Assembly (NCBI GenBank): GCA_016218565.1 | Contig: JACRDM010000071.1 | Span: 1-49,211, forward strand | DNA length: 49,211 nucleotides | Direction of reading: 5' to 3' | Source: Elusimicrobiota bacterium | GTDB lineage: Bacteria > CAYTYR01 > UBA6262 | In this document: positions 25,307 to 35,472 of the stretch, piece after piece | Layout of the letters: each line of letters begins with the position of its first letter | How positions within the stretch are numbered: position 1 is the first letter of the stretch | Program-made: the position numbers and the translations under genes | The notes under the pieces: generated by a model | Database searches by the model: none | What the model was told of the DNA's origin: nothing | The model's input: the letters and a program-made list of their open reading frames with translations, nothing else

Positions 25307-27469
25307 ATGCCTAATAATAAATTACTGGAACATTTAAATCCGAAGCAACAGGAAGCAGTCGAGCATATTGCCGGCCCGTTGCTCATTATTGCCGGGGCTG
25401 GCAGCGGCAAGACCAGGGTCATAACCTATCGCCTGGTCTATCTGTTGGCCAATAATGTGCCTGGGTGGAATATTTTGGCCGTAACTTTTACCAATAAGGC
25501 GGCTGAAGAAATGCGGGTCCGGGTTGATAAACTGCTGCGGGAAATATTCCCGGGGACCTATACAGCGCCGCCTCTGCTTTCCACTTTCCATTCATTCTGC
25601 GTGCGGGTTTTGCGCCAGGATATAGAACAGATCGGGTTTAAGCGCGGTTTTGTTATCTATGATGAAAATGATTCACTCAGTCTGATCAAGCAATGTCTGC
25701 GCGAGCTTAACCTTGATGAAAAAAAGACCAGGCCGAAAGAAGCGCTGTATATTATTGATAAAGCTAAAGATGATTTACTCGATGCGGAATCCTATCAGAT
25801 CTATGCCCATACCAGTCATAATGACGTGCGCCAGATTGCCGCGGAGATTTATCGCCGCTACCAAAAAAAACTTAAGGATAACAACGCCCTTGATTTTGGG
25901 GATTTGATCATGCTGACCGTGCATCTCTGGCGGTCCTGCCCAGAGGTGCTGCAGCGTTACCAGGAGCGTTTCCGGTATGTCCTGGTTGATGAATACCAGG
26001 ATACCAATCATGCTCAGTATATCCTTACCAAAATGTTGACTCAGAAATTCCAAAATATTTGCGTGGTCGGTGATGAAGACCAAAGTATTTATATGTTCCG
26101 CGGCGCGGATATCCGCAATATTCTTGATTTTGAGAAAGATAATAAGAATTGCAAGGTGATCAAGTTAGAACAGAACTATCGCTCCACCAGGCATATCCTG
26201 GAAACCGCGCAAAAAGTTATTAGCCATAATAAAGACCGCAAAAGCAAAGAATTGTGGACGGCTAATAAAAAAGGCGACCCAGTCGATTTTTATGAAGTCG
26301 TTAATGAAATAGAAGAAGCCAGCTTTGTTGCCGGTTCCATCAGGCGGCTGGTCAAAGAAGATGTCCGGCCGCTAGAGATCGCCGTTTTTTACCGGACTAA
26401 TGCCCAATCCCGGGTAATGGAAGATGCCCTGCGCCGTGAACAGCTGCCTTATATGGTAATCGGCGGTATGCGGTTCTATGAGCGTCGGGAAGTTAAAGAT
26501 ATCCTGGCTTACTTACGGGTATTGGTTAATCCCCAGGATTCGGTTCATTTAAAACGGATCATCAATGTTCCTAACCGGGGTATTGGCAAGACCAGTCTGG
26601 AAATGATCGAGAAATACGCGGCAGAACAGGAAATCGGCCTGCCCGAAGCTCTTCAACAGCTTGACCTGATCGCGGGTTTGCAGGACCGGGCCAAGAAAAA
26701 TCTGCGCGGGTTCCGGCAGCAATTACAGAACTGGAGCGCGGCCCGAATAAACTTATCAACCAGTGAATTGGCCGCGAAAATAATCGAGGAGTCGCATTAT
26801 ATTAAAGAATTGGAAGCTGATCCCCAGGAAGCGAGCGAGCGTATCGCAAATGTTAAGGAATTAATCTCCGCGATTAAAGAGTTTGAGGAACAAAGCAAAG
26901 ATAAATCTCTGGAAACTTATCTGGAACAGGTAGCGTTGATCTCAGACCTTGATTCCTGGCAACAGGAAAAGAATTATGTAACCCTCATGACCCTGCATTT
27001 AGCCAAGGGATTGGAATTCAATTATGTCTTTATGACCGGGCTGGAAGAAGGATTGTTACCTCATGCTAATTCATTAGCCACACAGATAGAACGGGAAGAA
27101 GAACGGCGCTTATGTTACGTAGGTATGACCAGAGCTAAACGCCGACTGGTGATTACCAGCGCGGCTGAACGCCGGGTAAACGGCGTCAGGCGGTGGAATA
27201 TTCCTTCCCGGTTTATTGCCGAAGCAGAATTAATAGAACGGGAGATCGAAAAGCCGTTCGTGGAAAATACAGAAATGACGCCAGAAGCCAGACACCAGAT
27301 ACCAGAAAGTGGATTTAAAAAAAATCAGCGGATTGGACATGAAGTGTTTGGCGCGGGTAGAATAATAGAGGTTTCAGGTTCTGGGGAAGACCAGAAAATT
27401 ATAGTTGATTTTAATTCCGGGGTTCGAAAAAAACTGCTGGTAAAAGCTGCAAATCTTAAGGTTTTGTGA
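25307..27469 (+). CDS. UvrD/PcrA-family ATP-dependent DNA helicase
   Basis: Start set at ATG 25307 (MPNNKLLEHLNPKQQEAV). Walker A AGAGSGKTRV, VLVDEYQDTN, and other SF1 motifs. Confidence 0.9.
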   Translation: MPNNKLLEHLNPKQQEAVEHIAGPLLIIAGAGSGKTRVITYRLVYLLANNVPGWNILAVTFTNKAAEEMRVRVDKLLREIFPGTYTAPPLLSTFHSFCVRVLRQDIEQIGFKRGFVIYDENDSLSLIKQCLRELNLDEKKTRPKEALYIIDKAKDDLLDAESYQIYAHTSHNDVRQIAAEIYRRYQKKLKDNNALDFGDLIMLTVHLWRSCPEVLQRYQERFRYVLVDEYQDTNHAQYILTKMLTQKFQNICVVGDEDQSIYMFRGADIRNILDFEKDNKNCKVIKLEQNYRSTRHILETAQKVISHNKDRKSKELWTANKKGDPVDFYEVVNEIEEASFVAGSIRRLVKEDVRPLEIAVFYRTNAQSRVMEDALRREQLPYMVIGGMRFYERREVKDILAYLRVLVNPQDSVHLKRIINVPNRGIGKTSLEMIEKYAAEQEIGLPEALQQLDLIAGLQDRAKKNLRGFRQQLQNWSAARINLSTSELAAKIIEESHYIKELEADPQEASERIANVKELISAIKEFEEQSKDKSLETYLEQVALISDLDSWQQEKNYVTLMTLHLAKGLEFNYVFMTGLEEGLLPHANSLATQIEREEERRLCYVGMTRAKRRLVITSAAERRVNGVRRWNIPSRFIAEAELIEREIEKPFVENTEMTPEARHQIPESGFKKNQRIGHEVFGAGRIIEVSGSGEDQKIIVDFNSGVRKKLLVKAANLKVL

Positions 27470-27511
27470 TATAATACAAAAAAATATAATATCAATATAT
27501 AGGAGATTAAT

Positions 27512-29158
27512 ATGCTTACAATTGTTTTTTTGCTAGCCTGCGTGCTGTTTATATTAGCCTATGTCAAGTATGGTGGTTTTCTTAAGAAACATTTTGAGTT
27601 GGATAATAAGAACGATCCGCCGTCCTGCTCTAGGTATGATGGGGTAGATTACTGCCCGGCTCCTGCTCTCGTATTGTTTGGCCATCATTTCTCTTCTATT
27701 GCCGGCGCTGGCCCTGTTTTAGGCCCGATTATAGCTGGTATTGCTTTTGGCTGGGGACCGGTTTGGCTCTGGGTGGTGATCGGTTCAATTTTTATCGGCG
27801 GGGTCCATGACTTTTCCAGCCTGGTCATCTCTATCCGTAACCGAGGCCGTTCGATCGCTGAAATTGCTAATATTTACATGTCCCGGCGCGCTTATCGGCT
27901 CATGCTGGCATTTATTTGGCTGTGCTTAGTATATGTGCTGACTGTTTTTACAGATTTGACTGCCGCTACTTTCAAAGCCGATGGCGGGGTAGCCACTTCT
28001 TCTATTTTGTTTATGGTATTGGCAATTGGATTTGGCATAACGCTTTATCGTTTCAAAATGCCGCTTTCCTGGGCTACAGGGATATTCGTCTCCTTACTAT
28101 TTTTCAGCGTTTGGCTTGGTCAGCAGATACCCATGAATAATATCCCGGCAATTCTTGGCGATAAAGCCAAAACCTGGGATCTAGTATTAATAATATATTG
28201 TTTTATTGCTTCAGTCACCCCGGTCTGGATCTTACTGCAACCCAGGGATTATCTTTCCAGTTTCCTGCTCTATGGTTCGATCATCGGCGGCTTTTTGGGG
28301 ATTCTTTTTGGCGGGTTACCGCTTAATTATCCGGCATTTACGACTTGGAATGCTCAGGGAGTGGGTCCCATGTTCCCTCTGCTTTTTGTGACAGTTGCCT
28401 GTGGCGCCATTAGCGGTTTTCATTCTATTGTTGCCAGCGGCACATCTTCCAAGCAGATTAAGAAAGAATCTGATGCCCAACCGATCGGCTATGGAGCCAT
28501 GTTGGTTGAAGGATTGGTAGCAGTGATTGCTTTATGTACAGTCATGGTAATCAATAAGGATGACCCTTTGGTTGCTAAAGCTCCTTTGGCCATTTATGGC
28601 GCTGGCATAGCTAAATTTTTGTCCATTTTTGGCATTCCGGTAAAATTTGGCGCTTCGTTTGGATTATTGGCTCTTTCCACGTTTATTTTGACCACCCTGG
28701 ATACGGCAACCAGATTGGCCCGTTATATCTTCCAGGAATTTTTTAATATAGAGGGAAAGAAGACACGCTTTCTGGCTACAGCTGTTACTCTATTTCTGCC
28801 CGCGGTTTTTGTCTTGATCACTATTAAGGATGCCAATGGCAATATCGTCCCGGCCTGGAAAAGCATCTGGCCGATCTTTGGCGCTACCAACCAGCTGTTA
28901 GCTGGCCTGGCGCTGATGGTAGTGGCCGTGTGGCTCAAGAAAAAAGGCAAACAGATCTGGTTTGTGATCCTGCCCATGATCTTTATGCTGGGCATGACTT
29001 TAGGGGCTTTATTCCTGGTCATTATACGGTATAAATTAAGTTTATTAGGTTTCATCGGAGACGTATTATTATTGCTGGCGATCTTGCTGATACTAGAGGC
29101 CATAGATATTTTTGAAGTCAAAAAGCATATTAAGAAATTAATCAAAGGAAGAAGCTAG
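27512..29158 (+). CDS. cstA: Carbon starvation protein A family transporter
   Basis: 548 aa, polytopic. Has the CstA signature GHHFSSIAGAGPVLGPI. Confidence 0.85.
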   Translation: MLTIVFLLACVLFILAYVKYGGFLKKHFELDNKNDPPSCSRYDGVDYCPAPALVLFGHHFSSIAGAGPVLGPIIAGIAFGWGPVWLWVVIGSIFIGGVHDFSSLVISIRNRGRSIAEIANIYMSRRAYRLMLAFIWLCLVYVLTVFTDLTAATFKADGGVATSSILFMVLAIGFGITLYRFKMPLSWATGIFVSLLFFSVWLGQQIPMNNIPAILGDKAKTWDLVLIIYCFIASVTPVWILLQPRDYLSSFLLYGSIIGGFLGILFGGLPLNYPAFTTWNAQGVGPMFPLLFVTVACGAISGFHSIVASGTSSKQIKKESDAQPIGYGAMLVEGLVAVIALCTVMVINKDDPLVAKAPLAIYGAGIAKFLSIFGIPVKFGASFGLLALSTFILTTLDTATRLARYIFQEFFNIEGKKTRFLATAVTLFLPAVFVLITIKDANGNIVPAWKSIWPIFGATNQLLAGLALMVVAVWLKKKGKQIWFVILPMIFMLGMTLGALFLVIIRYKLSLLGFIGDVLLLLAILLILEAIDIFEVKKHIKKLIKGRS

Positions 29159-29297
29159 GCACAAAGGCACAAAGTTTAGAACAAAGACAGGGCACAAAGC
29201 GAAATAGTGTTTAAATCTTTTACTCTGTGCCTCTGTGCCTAACATTGAACTTCCTGTTTCTTTTAACTTTGTGCCTATTTTAGGAGGTTTTAATATA
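29157..29297. repeat. Family A element, full palindromic copy; overlaps the cstA stop and ends in the SD + GTG of gatC
   Basis: GGCACAAAG at 29158, 29166 and 29191. CTCTGTGCC at 29223 and 29231. CTTTGTGCC at 29267. The copy ends ctattttaggaggttttaatataGTG. Confidence 0.85.
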
Positions 29298-29585
29298 GTG
29301 AAAATAACTAAAAAAGAAGTAGAATATGTAGCCCGTCTGGCACGGCTGGCGCTCAGCGGAGCAGAAAAAGAAAAAATGACTGCCCAGCTTGATTCAATTC
29401 TCCAGTATATGGATACGCTTAATAAGCTGGATACTAAAAAAGTCGAGCCAACCAGCCATGTTCTGCCGCTGAAGAATGTTTGGCGGGAAGATGTGACAAA
29501 ACTCAGCTATGCCCGGGAGGAAATATTAGCCAATGCTCCGGAGCAGGCAGAAGGGTTTTATAAGGTGAAAAAAGTGATAGAGTAA
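29298..29585 (+). CDS. gatC: Glu/Asp-tRNA amidotransferase subunit C
   Basis: Start set at GTG 29298 (VKITKKEVEYVARLARLALSGAEKEKM is a typical GatC N-terminus). 95 aa. Confidence 0.85.
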   Translation: MKITKKEVEYVARLARLALSGAEKEKMTAQLDSILQYMDTLNKLDTKKVEPTSHVLPLKNVWREDVTKLSYAREEILANAPEQAEGFYKVKKVIE

Positions 29586-30035
29586 TAAAGTGGTAGAGTG
29601 GTAAGGTTATGACAAAGAGAAGCATTATTAAAACTGGACAAGTGCAGAACTTAACGATTCTAAAACTGTTGCCGCGGTCTGGAGCGCGTTGCCTCTGGCT
29701 AGGGATGAGATTTATTTTGAGATCCCGGTTAAAACCGGGTTAGAGAATAGGGTAGAAGAAGTGCCGGAAGGTGATCTATGATACTGGCCGCCGGGAAACT
29801 GTTTTTGTATATTTTTTGGCTTGCCGCCGCTGTCCACTGCAGGGCATAGCAAACCGGCCAGCGCAGGGTCCATTATTGGCAGGCTCCTGGGGACTCCTGA
29901 AAACTGGAAAGAAGTAGCAGTAGGAGAATGGATTTCAGTCGAAAAAAATAGCGTGAAGCGTATAGCGGATAGAAAAACAATAAATCTATACGCTGAACGC
30001 TGCCCGCTATACGCTAAGGAAGTAAGGAGTAGCTG

Positions 30036-31496
30036 GTGGAACTGTTTAAAATGACGGCGCATGAATTAAGTGAAAAGATCCGAAACAAGGAAGTGACTTC
30101 CCAAGAAGTTACGGTTAGTATTTTTAAAAGGATAGAAGCAGTAGAACCAAAGGTTAAAGCTTATGTCACCCTGCTCAAAGAAAATGCATTGCCGCAGGCT
30201 GATAAAATAGATCAGAAAATAAAAGCCGGGGAAAAGTTAGGTTCGCTTGCGGGTATCCCTATTGCTGTTAAAGACAATATGAATATTAAAGGGGTAAGAA
30301 GCACCTGCTCCAGTAAGATATTGAATAATTTTATTGCTCCATATGATGCCACGGTGATCAAGTTGCTGAAAAAGCAGGACGTGGTGTTTATCGGCAAGAC
30401 TAATATGGATGAATTTGCCATGGGCTCATCAACAGAGACCAGCTATTTCGGTAAAACCTATAATCCCTGGAACCTGGAGACGATCCCTGGCGGTTCCAGC
30501 GGAGGGAGTACGGCCAGCGTCGCGGCTGATGAAGCGATCTTAGCGCTTGGTTCTGATACCGGAGGTTCTGTCCGCCAACCGGCATCATGCTGTGGTATCG
30601 TTGGGTTAAAGCCGACGTATGGACGGGTTTCACGTTTTGGACTGGTAGCCTTTGCTTCTTCACTAGACCAGATCGGGCCGTTGACTAAAGACATTAGAGA
30701 CGCAGCTTTACTGATGAACGCTATTGCGGCTTATGATAAGAACGATTCCACCAGTGTTAACGTGCCAACCCCTGACTATACCAAATCTCTCATCAAGGAT
30801 TTGACCGGATTAAAGATCGGCATCCCTAAAGAATATTTTGTGGAAGGCCTGGATAAAGAAGTTGAGCAAAGTGTCAGGGAAGCGATTAAATTGCTGGAAA
30901 AGCAAGGGGCAAAAATTATAGAGATTTCCTTGCCGCATACGGAATATTGCCTGGCAGTTTATTATATCTTGGCGCCTTCTGAAGCCAGCGCTAACCTGGC
31001 CAGATATGATGGGGTTAAGTATGGCTATCGCACTCCTGAGGCTAAGGATTTACTGGAGCAATGTGAAAAAACGCGGGGCGAAGGATTTGGCCCAGAAGTA
31101 AAGCGCCGGATCATGCTGGGAACCTACGCTCTATCCAGTGGTTATTATGACGCTTATTATTTAAAGGCGCAAAAGGTGCGGACTTTGATCAAGAATGATT
31201 TTGCTGAAGCCTTTAAAAAGGTTGACGCTATTATTACCCCGACTGCGCCAACGGCAGCTTTTAAGATTGGGGAAAAGACCGCTGATCCGTTGCAGATGTA
31301 TTTATCGGATATTTTTACAATTTCCGTGAACCTGGCCGGAATTCCGGCGCTATCCATACCGTGCGGATTTACTTCACAGAAGATGCCGATCGGGCTGCAG
31401 ATCATGGCCAAGCACTTTGCTGAAGAAACAATATTTAAAGTAGCGTATGCCTATGAGCAGAATACGCAATGGCACAAAGAAAAGCCGATTTTGTAA
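30036..31496 (+). CDS. gatA: Glu/Asp-tRNA amidotransferase subunit A
   Basis: 486 aa. Amidase signature [13 protein letters not shown]...[13 protein letters not shown]. The start may be ATG 30051. Confidence 0.92.
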   Translation: MELFKMTAHELSEKIRNKEVTSQEVTVSIFKRIEAVEPKVKAYVTLLKENALPQADKIDQKIKAGEKLGSLAGIPIAVKDNMNIKGVRSTCSSKILNNFIAPYDATVIKLLKKQDVVFIGKTNMDEFAMGSSTETSYFGKTYNPWNLETIPGGSSGGSTASVAADEAILALGSDTGGSVRQPASCCGIVGLKPTYGRVSRFGLVAFASSLDQIGPLTKDIRDAALLMNAIAAYDKNDSTSVNVPTPDYTKSLIKDLTGLKIGIPKEYFVEGLDKEVEQSVREAIKLLEKQGAKIIEISLPHTEYCLAVYYILAPSEASANLARYDGVKYGYRTPEAKDLLEQCEKTRGEGFGPEVKRRIMLGTYALSSGYYDAYYLKAQKVRTLIKNDFAEAFKKVDAIITPTAPTAAFKIGEKTADPLQMYLSDIFTISVNLAGIPALSIPCGFTSQKMPIGLQIMAKHFAEETIFKVAYAYEQNTQWHKEKPIL

Positions 31497-31509
31497 AGAA
31501 AGGAAGAAG

Positions 31510-31740
31510 ATGATAAGAAATTATACTAGATGGCAGAATTTTGAGAATAAACTTAGGAAAAAACAAAAAGTTAATATAAAAGAAAATTTTGCCCTGATGG
31601 ATGCTATGTACAAAGAAGCCGTGGCTTTAAAGATATTACCATTGAAGGATCTTTTAGAGGACTTAGCAGTAAAAATAAAGTTTGCCAAGGCGGTAAATAG
31701 TGTTCCAGCAGCTGCTCATAAAATTAGGCAAAGAGCTTAA
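31510..31740 (+). CDS. Small hypothetical protein (76 aa), first gene of a cassette inserted between gatA and gatB
   Basis: ATG 31510 lies just after the gatA stop. A/T-rich. It overlaps the next ORF by 41 nt. No motif recognised. Confidence 0.4.
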   Translation: MIRNYTRWQNFENKLRKKQKVNIKENFALMDAMYKEAVALKILPLKDLLEDLAVKIKFAKAVNSVPAAAHKIRQRA

Positions 31741-32254
31741 TAAAAATAAAATTCCCTATATGGTAATTGGCGGTCAGGCCGTCTTGGTATACGGCGAACC
31801 ACGATTAACTAAGGATATTGATATTACTTTGGGGATAGGCAGTGAAGAAATTGCCAAAATAAAAACAGTTATTAAGAAAATTGGTCTACGAGTATTAGTG
31901 AAGGATTTAGAAACTTTTGTTCATAAAACCATGGTTTGTCCGGTAGTTGATAAAAAATCCGGGATAAGGATAAATTTTATCTTTTCTTTTACTCTCTATG
32001 AACAGCCAGCTATAAGCCGAGCAAAAAAAGTAAAAATAGGGAAAACAGATATACCTTTTGCTTCGCTGGAAGACCTGATTATTCATAAGCTGATAGCTAA
32101 ACGGGAAAGAGATATAGAAGATGTTAAGACTATCCTGTTAAAAAATCCGAACTATGACAAAAAATATATACTAAAATGGTTGCGTGATTTTGATGAGACC
32201 TTAGGCACTAATTTAGCGAAGGTGTTTGCGAAAGTAACGAAAGATCTAAAGTAG
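31700..32254 (+). CDS. Minimal Pol-beta-fold nucleotidyltransferase (AbiEii / DUF6036-like pattern)
   Basis: 184 aa. IPYMVIGGQAVLVYGEPRLTKDIDITL fits hG[GS]-x13-DhDh. GTG 31700 is the first possible start after stop 31694-31696. Confidence 0.55.
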   Translation: MFQQLLIKLGKELNKNKIPYMVIGGQAVLVYGEPRLTKDIDITLGIGSEEIAKIKTVIKKIGLRVLVKDLETFVHKTMVCPVVDKKSGIRINFIFSFTLYEQPAISRAKKVKIGKTDIPFASLEDLIIHKLIAKRERDIEDVKTILLKNPNYDKKYILKWLRDFDETLGTNLAKVFAKVTKDLK

Positions 32255-32307
32255 GGAATAGAGTGAATTGTTTTAATCAGCAGCATCAATTTTACCAGAG
32301 GTAAAAT

Positions 32308-33741
32308 ATGCAATACGAAGCAGTGATTGGGCTGGAAGTGCATGCCCAGCTAAAAACCAAATCTAAAATATTCTGTGGCTGTTCCACGCAATTCGGAGCC
32401 GAGCCTAATACCCAGACCTGTCCGATATGCATCGGTATGCCCGGAGTGTTGCCGGTCTTGAATAAGACGGCGATTGAATATATTATCAAAACCTCCCTGG
32501 CTCTTAGTTGCCGGGTGAATCCGCTGAGCCGGTTTGCCAGAAAGCAGTATTTTTATCCTGACCTGCCGAAGAATTACCAGATCTCCCAGCATGAACAGCC
32601 AGTATCTGCACATGGCTATCTGGACGTCCGGATTGAGGGAGGCACTAAAAGATTCGGCATTACCCGCATTCATCTCGAAGAAGATGCCGGTAAACTCCTG
32701 CATGAGATTGGTTCGCGCCAGATTGACGGCAGTTATGTGGATTTGAACCGCACCGGGGTGCCTCTCATGGAGATCGTCTCTGAGCCGGATATGCGCACCC
32801 CGCAGGAAGCCTACGCGTATCTTACCGCGCTGAAAAGTGTTTTGGAATATGTTGATGTCAGCGACTGCAATATGGAGGAAGGCAGTCTCCGCTGTGATGC
32901 CAACGTCAGTATCCGGCCAATAGGACAAAAAGAGTTTGGCACTAAAGCTGAAGTCAAGAATATGAACTCATTCAAGGCAGTACAGAAAGCCCTGGAATAT
33001 GAGATTAACAGGCAGATCAAAGCTACGGAAGATAGCGAACGGATAGTCCAGGAAACCCGTCTTTGGGACGCGGACAAAGAAATGACCTTTTCCATGCGTT
33101 CCAAGGAAGAGGCTCACGATTACCGTTATTTCCCGGAACCGGATCTGGTGCCGGTAACCGTAGATGATACGTGGCTGGCAGAGATCAGGAAAACATTGCC
33201 AGAACTCTCGGCGCGGAAAAAAGAAAGATTTATCAAAGAATATAGCTTGCCAGAATACGATGCCGGCGTGCTGACTGCTGACCGGGCTATTTCCGAGTAT
33301 TTTGAAAATACGGTTAAGGGTTATGCTAACCCGAAAGCTGCCTCTAACTGGATCATGACCGAACTGCTGGCGCAGCTTAAGGCTGCCAATAAAACAATTA
33401 ATGAATCGCTGGTCACACCGAAACACTTACGGGATATGCTGGAATTGATCGATAAAGGCGCCATTAGCGGCAAGATTGCCAAAACTGTATTTGAAGAAAT
33501 GTCTGTTTCAGGAAAAATGCCGGAAGTAGTTGTGAAAGAAAAGGGTCTGGTACAGATCTCCGATGAGGGGGCCATTGCCAAAGTGATTGAAGAGGTATTG
33601 ACGGCTAATGCCAAATCAGTGGAAGAATATAAAGCTGGCAAGACCGCGGCGATGAATTTCCTCCTAGGGCAAGTGATGAAGAAGACGCAGGGCAAAGCTA
33701 ATCCGGGAGTGGTTAATAAGATATTGAAAGAAAAATTATGA
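32308..33741 (+). CDS. gatB: Glu/Asp-tRNA amidotransferase subunit B
   Basis: 477 aa. MQYEAVIGLEVHAQL...CPICIGMPGVLP, plus a GatB/YqeY C-domain. Confidence 0.92.
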   Translation: MQYEAVIGLEVHAQLKTKSKIFCGCSTQFGAEPNTQTCPICIGMPGVLPVLNKTAIEYIIKTSLALSCRVNPLSRFARKQYFYPDLPKNYQISQHEQPVSAHGYLDVRIEGGTKRFGITRIHLEEDAGKLLHEIGSRQIDGSYVDLNRTGVPLMEIVSEPDMRTPQEAYAYLTALKSVLEYVDVSDCNMEEGSLRCDANVSIRPIGQKEFGTKAEVKNMNSFKAVQKALEYEINRQIKATEDSERIVQETRLWDADKEMTFSMRSKEEAHDYRYFPEPDLVPVTVDDTWLAEIRKTLPELSARKKERFIKEYSLPEYDAGVLTADRAISEYFENTVKGYANPKAASNWIMTELLAQLKAANKTINESLVTPKHLRDMLELIDKGAISGKIAKTVFEEMSVSGKMPEVVVKEKGLVQISDEGAIAKVIEEVLTANAKSVEEYKAGKTAAMNFLLGQVMKKTQGKANPGVVNKILKEKL

Positions 33742-33755
33742 CAGGAGGATAGTAT

Positions 33756-34808
33756 ATGTCGGAAAAAAATGTTGCGGGGCAAAAGATTTCTCCCAAAAGC
33801 ACCAAACAAGAGATGTTGGAAGCTTATAACGATTTGGTGGTGCAAATGGAGGAAAAGGAAAAAGCGACCTTGAAACCCGAGGTGGCTATGGAACGTAAGA
33901 AGAGTAAAGAAGTGGTAGAAATTGCGGATGGGTTATCAACTGAAAGCATTATTCAGGGAGTCAATGCGGTCAGAATGGAAAGCGGCAGGCTCTTGTCGCA
34001 GCTTACTGAGTCGTTAGAGAAGGAAGCGCAAAAATATAGAACTATCAAAGACGCTATTGAAATAAGGGAAAAAGATTTGCAGGATATTTACGAGATTGAA
34101 AAATCAGCGCAAACATTGGCGGCGCTGATTGAGGCGCAGACAGTCAAAAGAGAAGCATTCGAAGGAGAAATGGCTGAGGAAAAAGAGCGATTAACGAAAG
34201 AAATAGCCGCCTTGCGGACTACGTATGAAGAAGAAAAGAAATTGAATGAAACGCAAAAGAAAGAGCGTGATGAGGCGGAACAGAAGAGACGGCAGAGAGA
34301 AAAAGAAGAGTATGAGTATTCCTTTAAGAGGGAGCAGCAGCTGGCCCACCATACCTTAGAAGACGATAAACTTACCAAGGAAAAAGAGATATTGCAGAAA
34401 AAGGAAGCGGTAGACAAAGAGCTGGCTGAAAGAGCGCGGAAAATGGCAGAGGACGAAAAGAAAGTTGCCGAGCTGCAAAAACGATTTGCCAATGTACCGC
34501 AGGAAACAGAGGTAGCCCTGCAGCGGGCGGTGAAAGAAACCACGGAGAAATTGTATAAAGAAGCGGGAGCGAGAGAGGAATTGTCGAACAAAACCTTTGA
34601 AGGTGAAAAGAATGTATTAATGGCTCAGATTGATTCTCTGGAGGAGACGACGAAAGATCAAAAGGAACAAATTCTCCGGCTTACAGGACAATTGGAAAAA
34701 GCCTATCAAAAGATTGAAGATATAGCCGTGAAAACCGTGGGCGGAGTGGCTGAGGCAAAAGCGGCGTTAGTAAATGTTCAGCGAAATGAAGAGCAGACTA
34801 AGCGATAG
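33756..34808 (+). CDS. Glu/Lys-rich coiled-coil protein of unknown function
   Basis: 350 aa, almost entirely heptad-like charged sequence. No enzymatic motif. Confidence 0.55.
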   Translation: MSEKNVAGQKISPKSTKQEMLEAYNDLVVQMEEKEKATLKPEVAMERKKSKEVVEIADGLSTESIIQGVNAVRMESGRLLSQLTESLEKEAQKYRTIKDAIEIREKDLQDIYEIEKSAQTLAALIEAQTVKREAFEGEMAEEKERLTKEIAALRTTYEEEKKLNETQKKERDEAEQKRRQREKEEYEYSFKREQQLAHHTLEDDKLTKEKEILQKKEAVDKELAERARKMAEDEKKVAELQKRFANVPQETEVALQRAVKETTEKLYKEAGAREELSNKTFEGEKNVLMAQIDSLEETTKDQKEQILRLTGQLEKAYQKIEDIAVKTVGGVAEAKAALVNVQRNEEQTKR

Positions 34809-34977
34809 AAGCAGAAAGAAGCAAGAGTGGCGCTATCAAAATGTACCCTGAACAAAAGAACATTCAGAAATATAGTCGATTCTTGATATTATTGGTTTTT
34901 ACCAAGAAGCCAGCAGTGGCTACGGGTTTTAAAGCCAACGGGAACATTTATTCTGAATATTAAAGAAAAAATCAGAA

Positions 34978-35472
34978 TTGGTGGGAATTGATTTGGAATT
35001 TGAAAAAGACGGTCTTAGGTATGCTGTAGAAAGCAAAGCCGGTTGGAATTGGGGTAATTCAAGCCAGATAAGACAACTACGGATCAATTTTGAAAACGCA
35101 AAAAAGATATTACGCGTAAAGACTGGCAAAAAAGTTGTTGCGGTGAAGGGATGTTGTTTTGGTAAAGACAATAAGCCCGATAAAAATGGCTATTTCAAAG
35201 TAGGTGGACAGAATTTTTGGGAGTTTATTTCTGGCGATACGAACTTATATGTAGAAATAATTGAACCGCTAGGATGTAAAGCAAAACAAAAGAACGAGGA
35301 ATTTTTGGAAGGCTACGCGCAAATAATCAATAAGCTGACATTGGAGTTTTCGCAAAAGTTTTGCGATGACGGGAAAATTAACTGGGTAAAACCGGTCAAG
35401 TATAATTCGGGATTTGAAAAACTGGACCATGAAGGGGAGGTTAGATTTAGACAAAGAGGTAAAAGTTGCTGA
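34978..35472 (+). CDS. PD-(D/E)xK restriction-endonuclease-like ORF, probably a gene fragment
   Basis: GIDLEFEKDGLRYAVESKAG gives D-x12-E-x-K. FWEFISGD follows later. Out-of-frame related pieces flank it (34841-34963 and 35390-35593). A/T-rich. TTG start. Confidence 0.4.
   Translation: MVGIDLEFEKDGLRYAVESKAGWNWGNSSQIRQLRINFENAKKILRVKTGKKVVAVKGCCFGKDNKPDKNGYFKVGGQNFWEFISGDTNLYVEIIEPLGCKAKQKNEEFLEGYAQIINKLTLEFSQKFCDDGKINWVKPVKYNSGFEKLDHEGEVRFRQRGKSC

Noticed and set aside
29586-30035. T-box leader, RNase P RNA, SRP RNA or tmRNA in the gatC-gatA spacer
   Set aside because: None of the diagnostic conserved boxes are present on either strand (T-box GGTGGTACCGCG-type sequence, RNase P GGAAAGTCC, SRP GGAAGCAGCC-type loop, tRNA-like tmRNA end).
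29712-30062. 116-aa minus-strand ORF and 77-aa plus-strand ORF (29821-30054) in the gatC-gatA spacer
   Set aside because: They overlap each other and the gatA start. Their low-complexity Ser/Pro/Gly/Arg-rich sequences are not protein-like, and they have no SD. The spacer is treated as non-coding.
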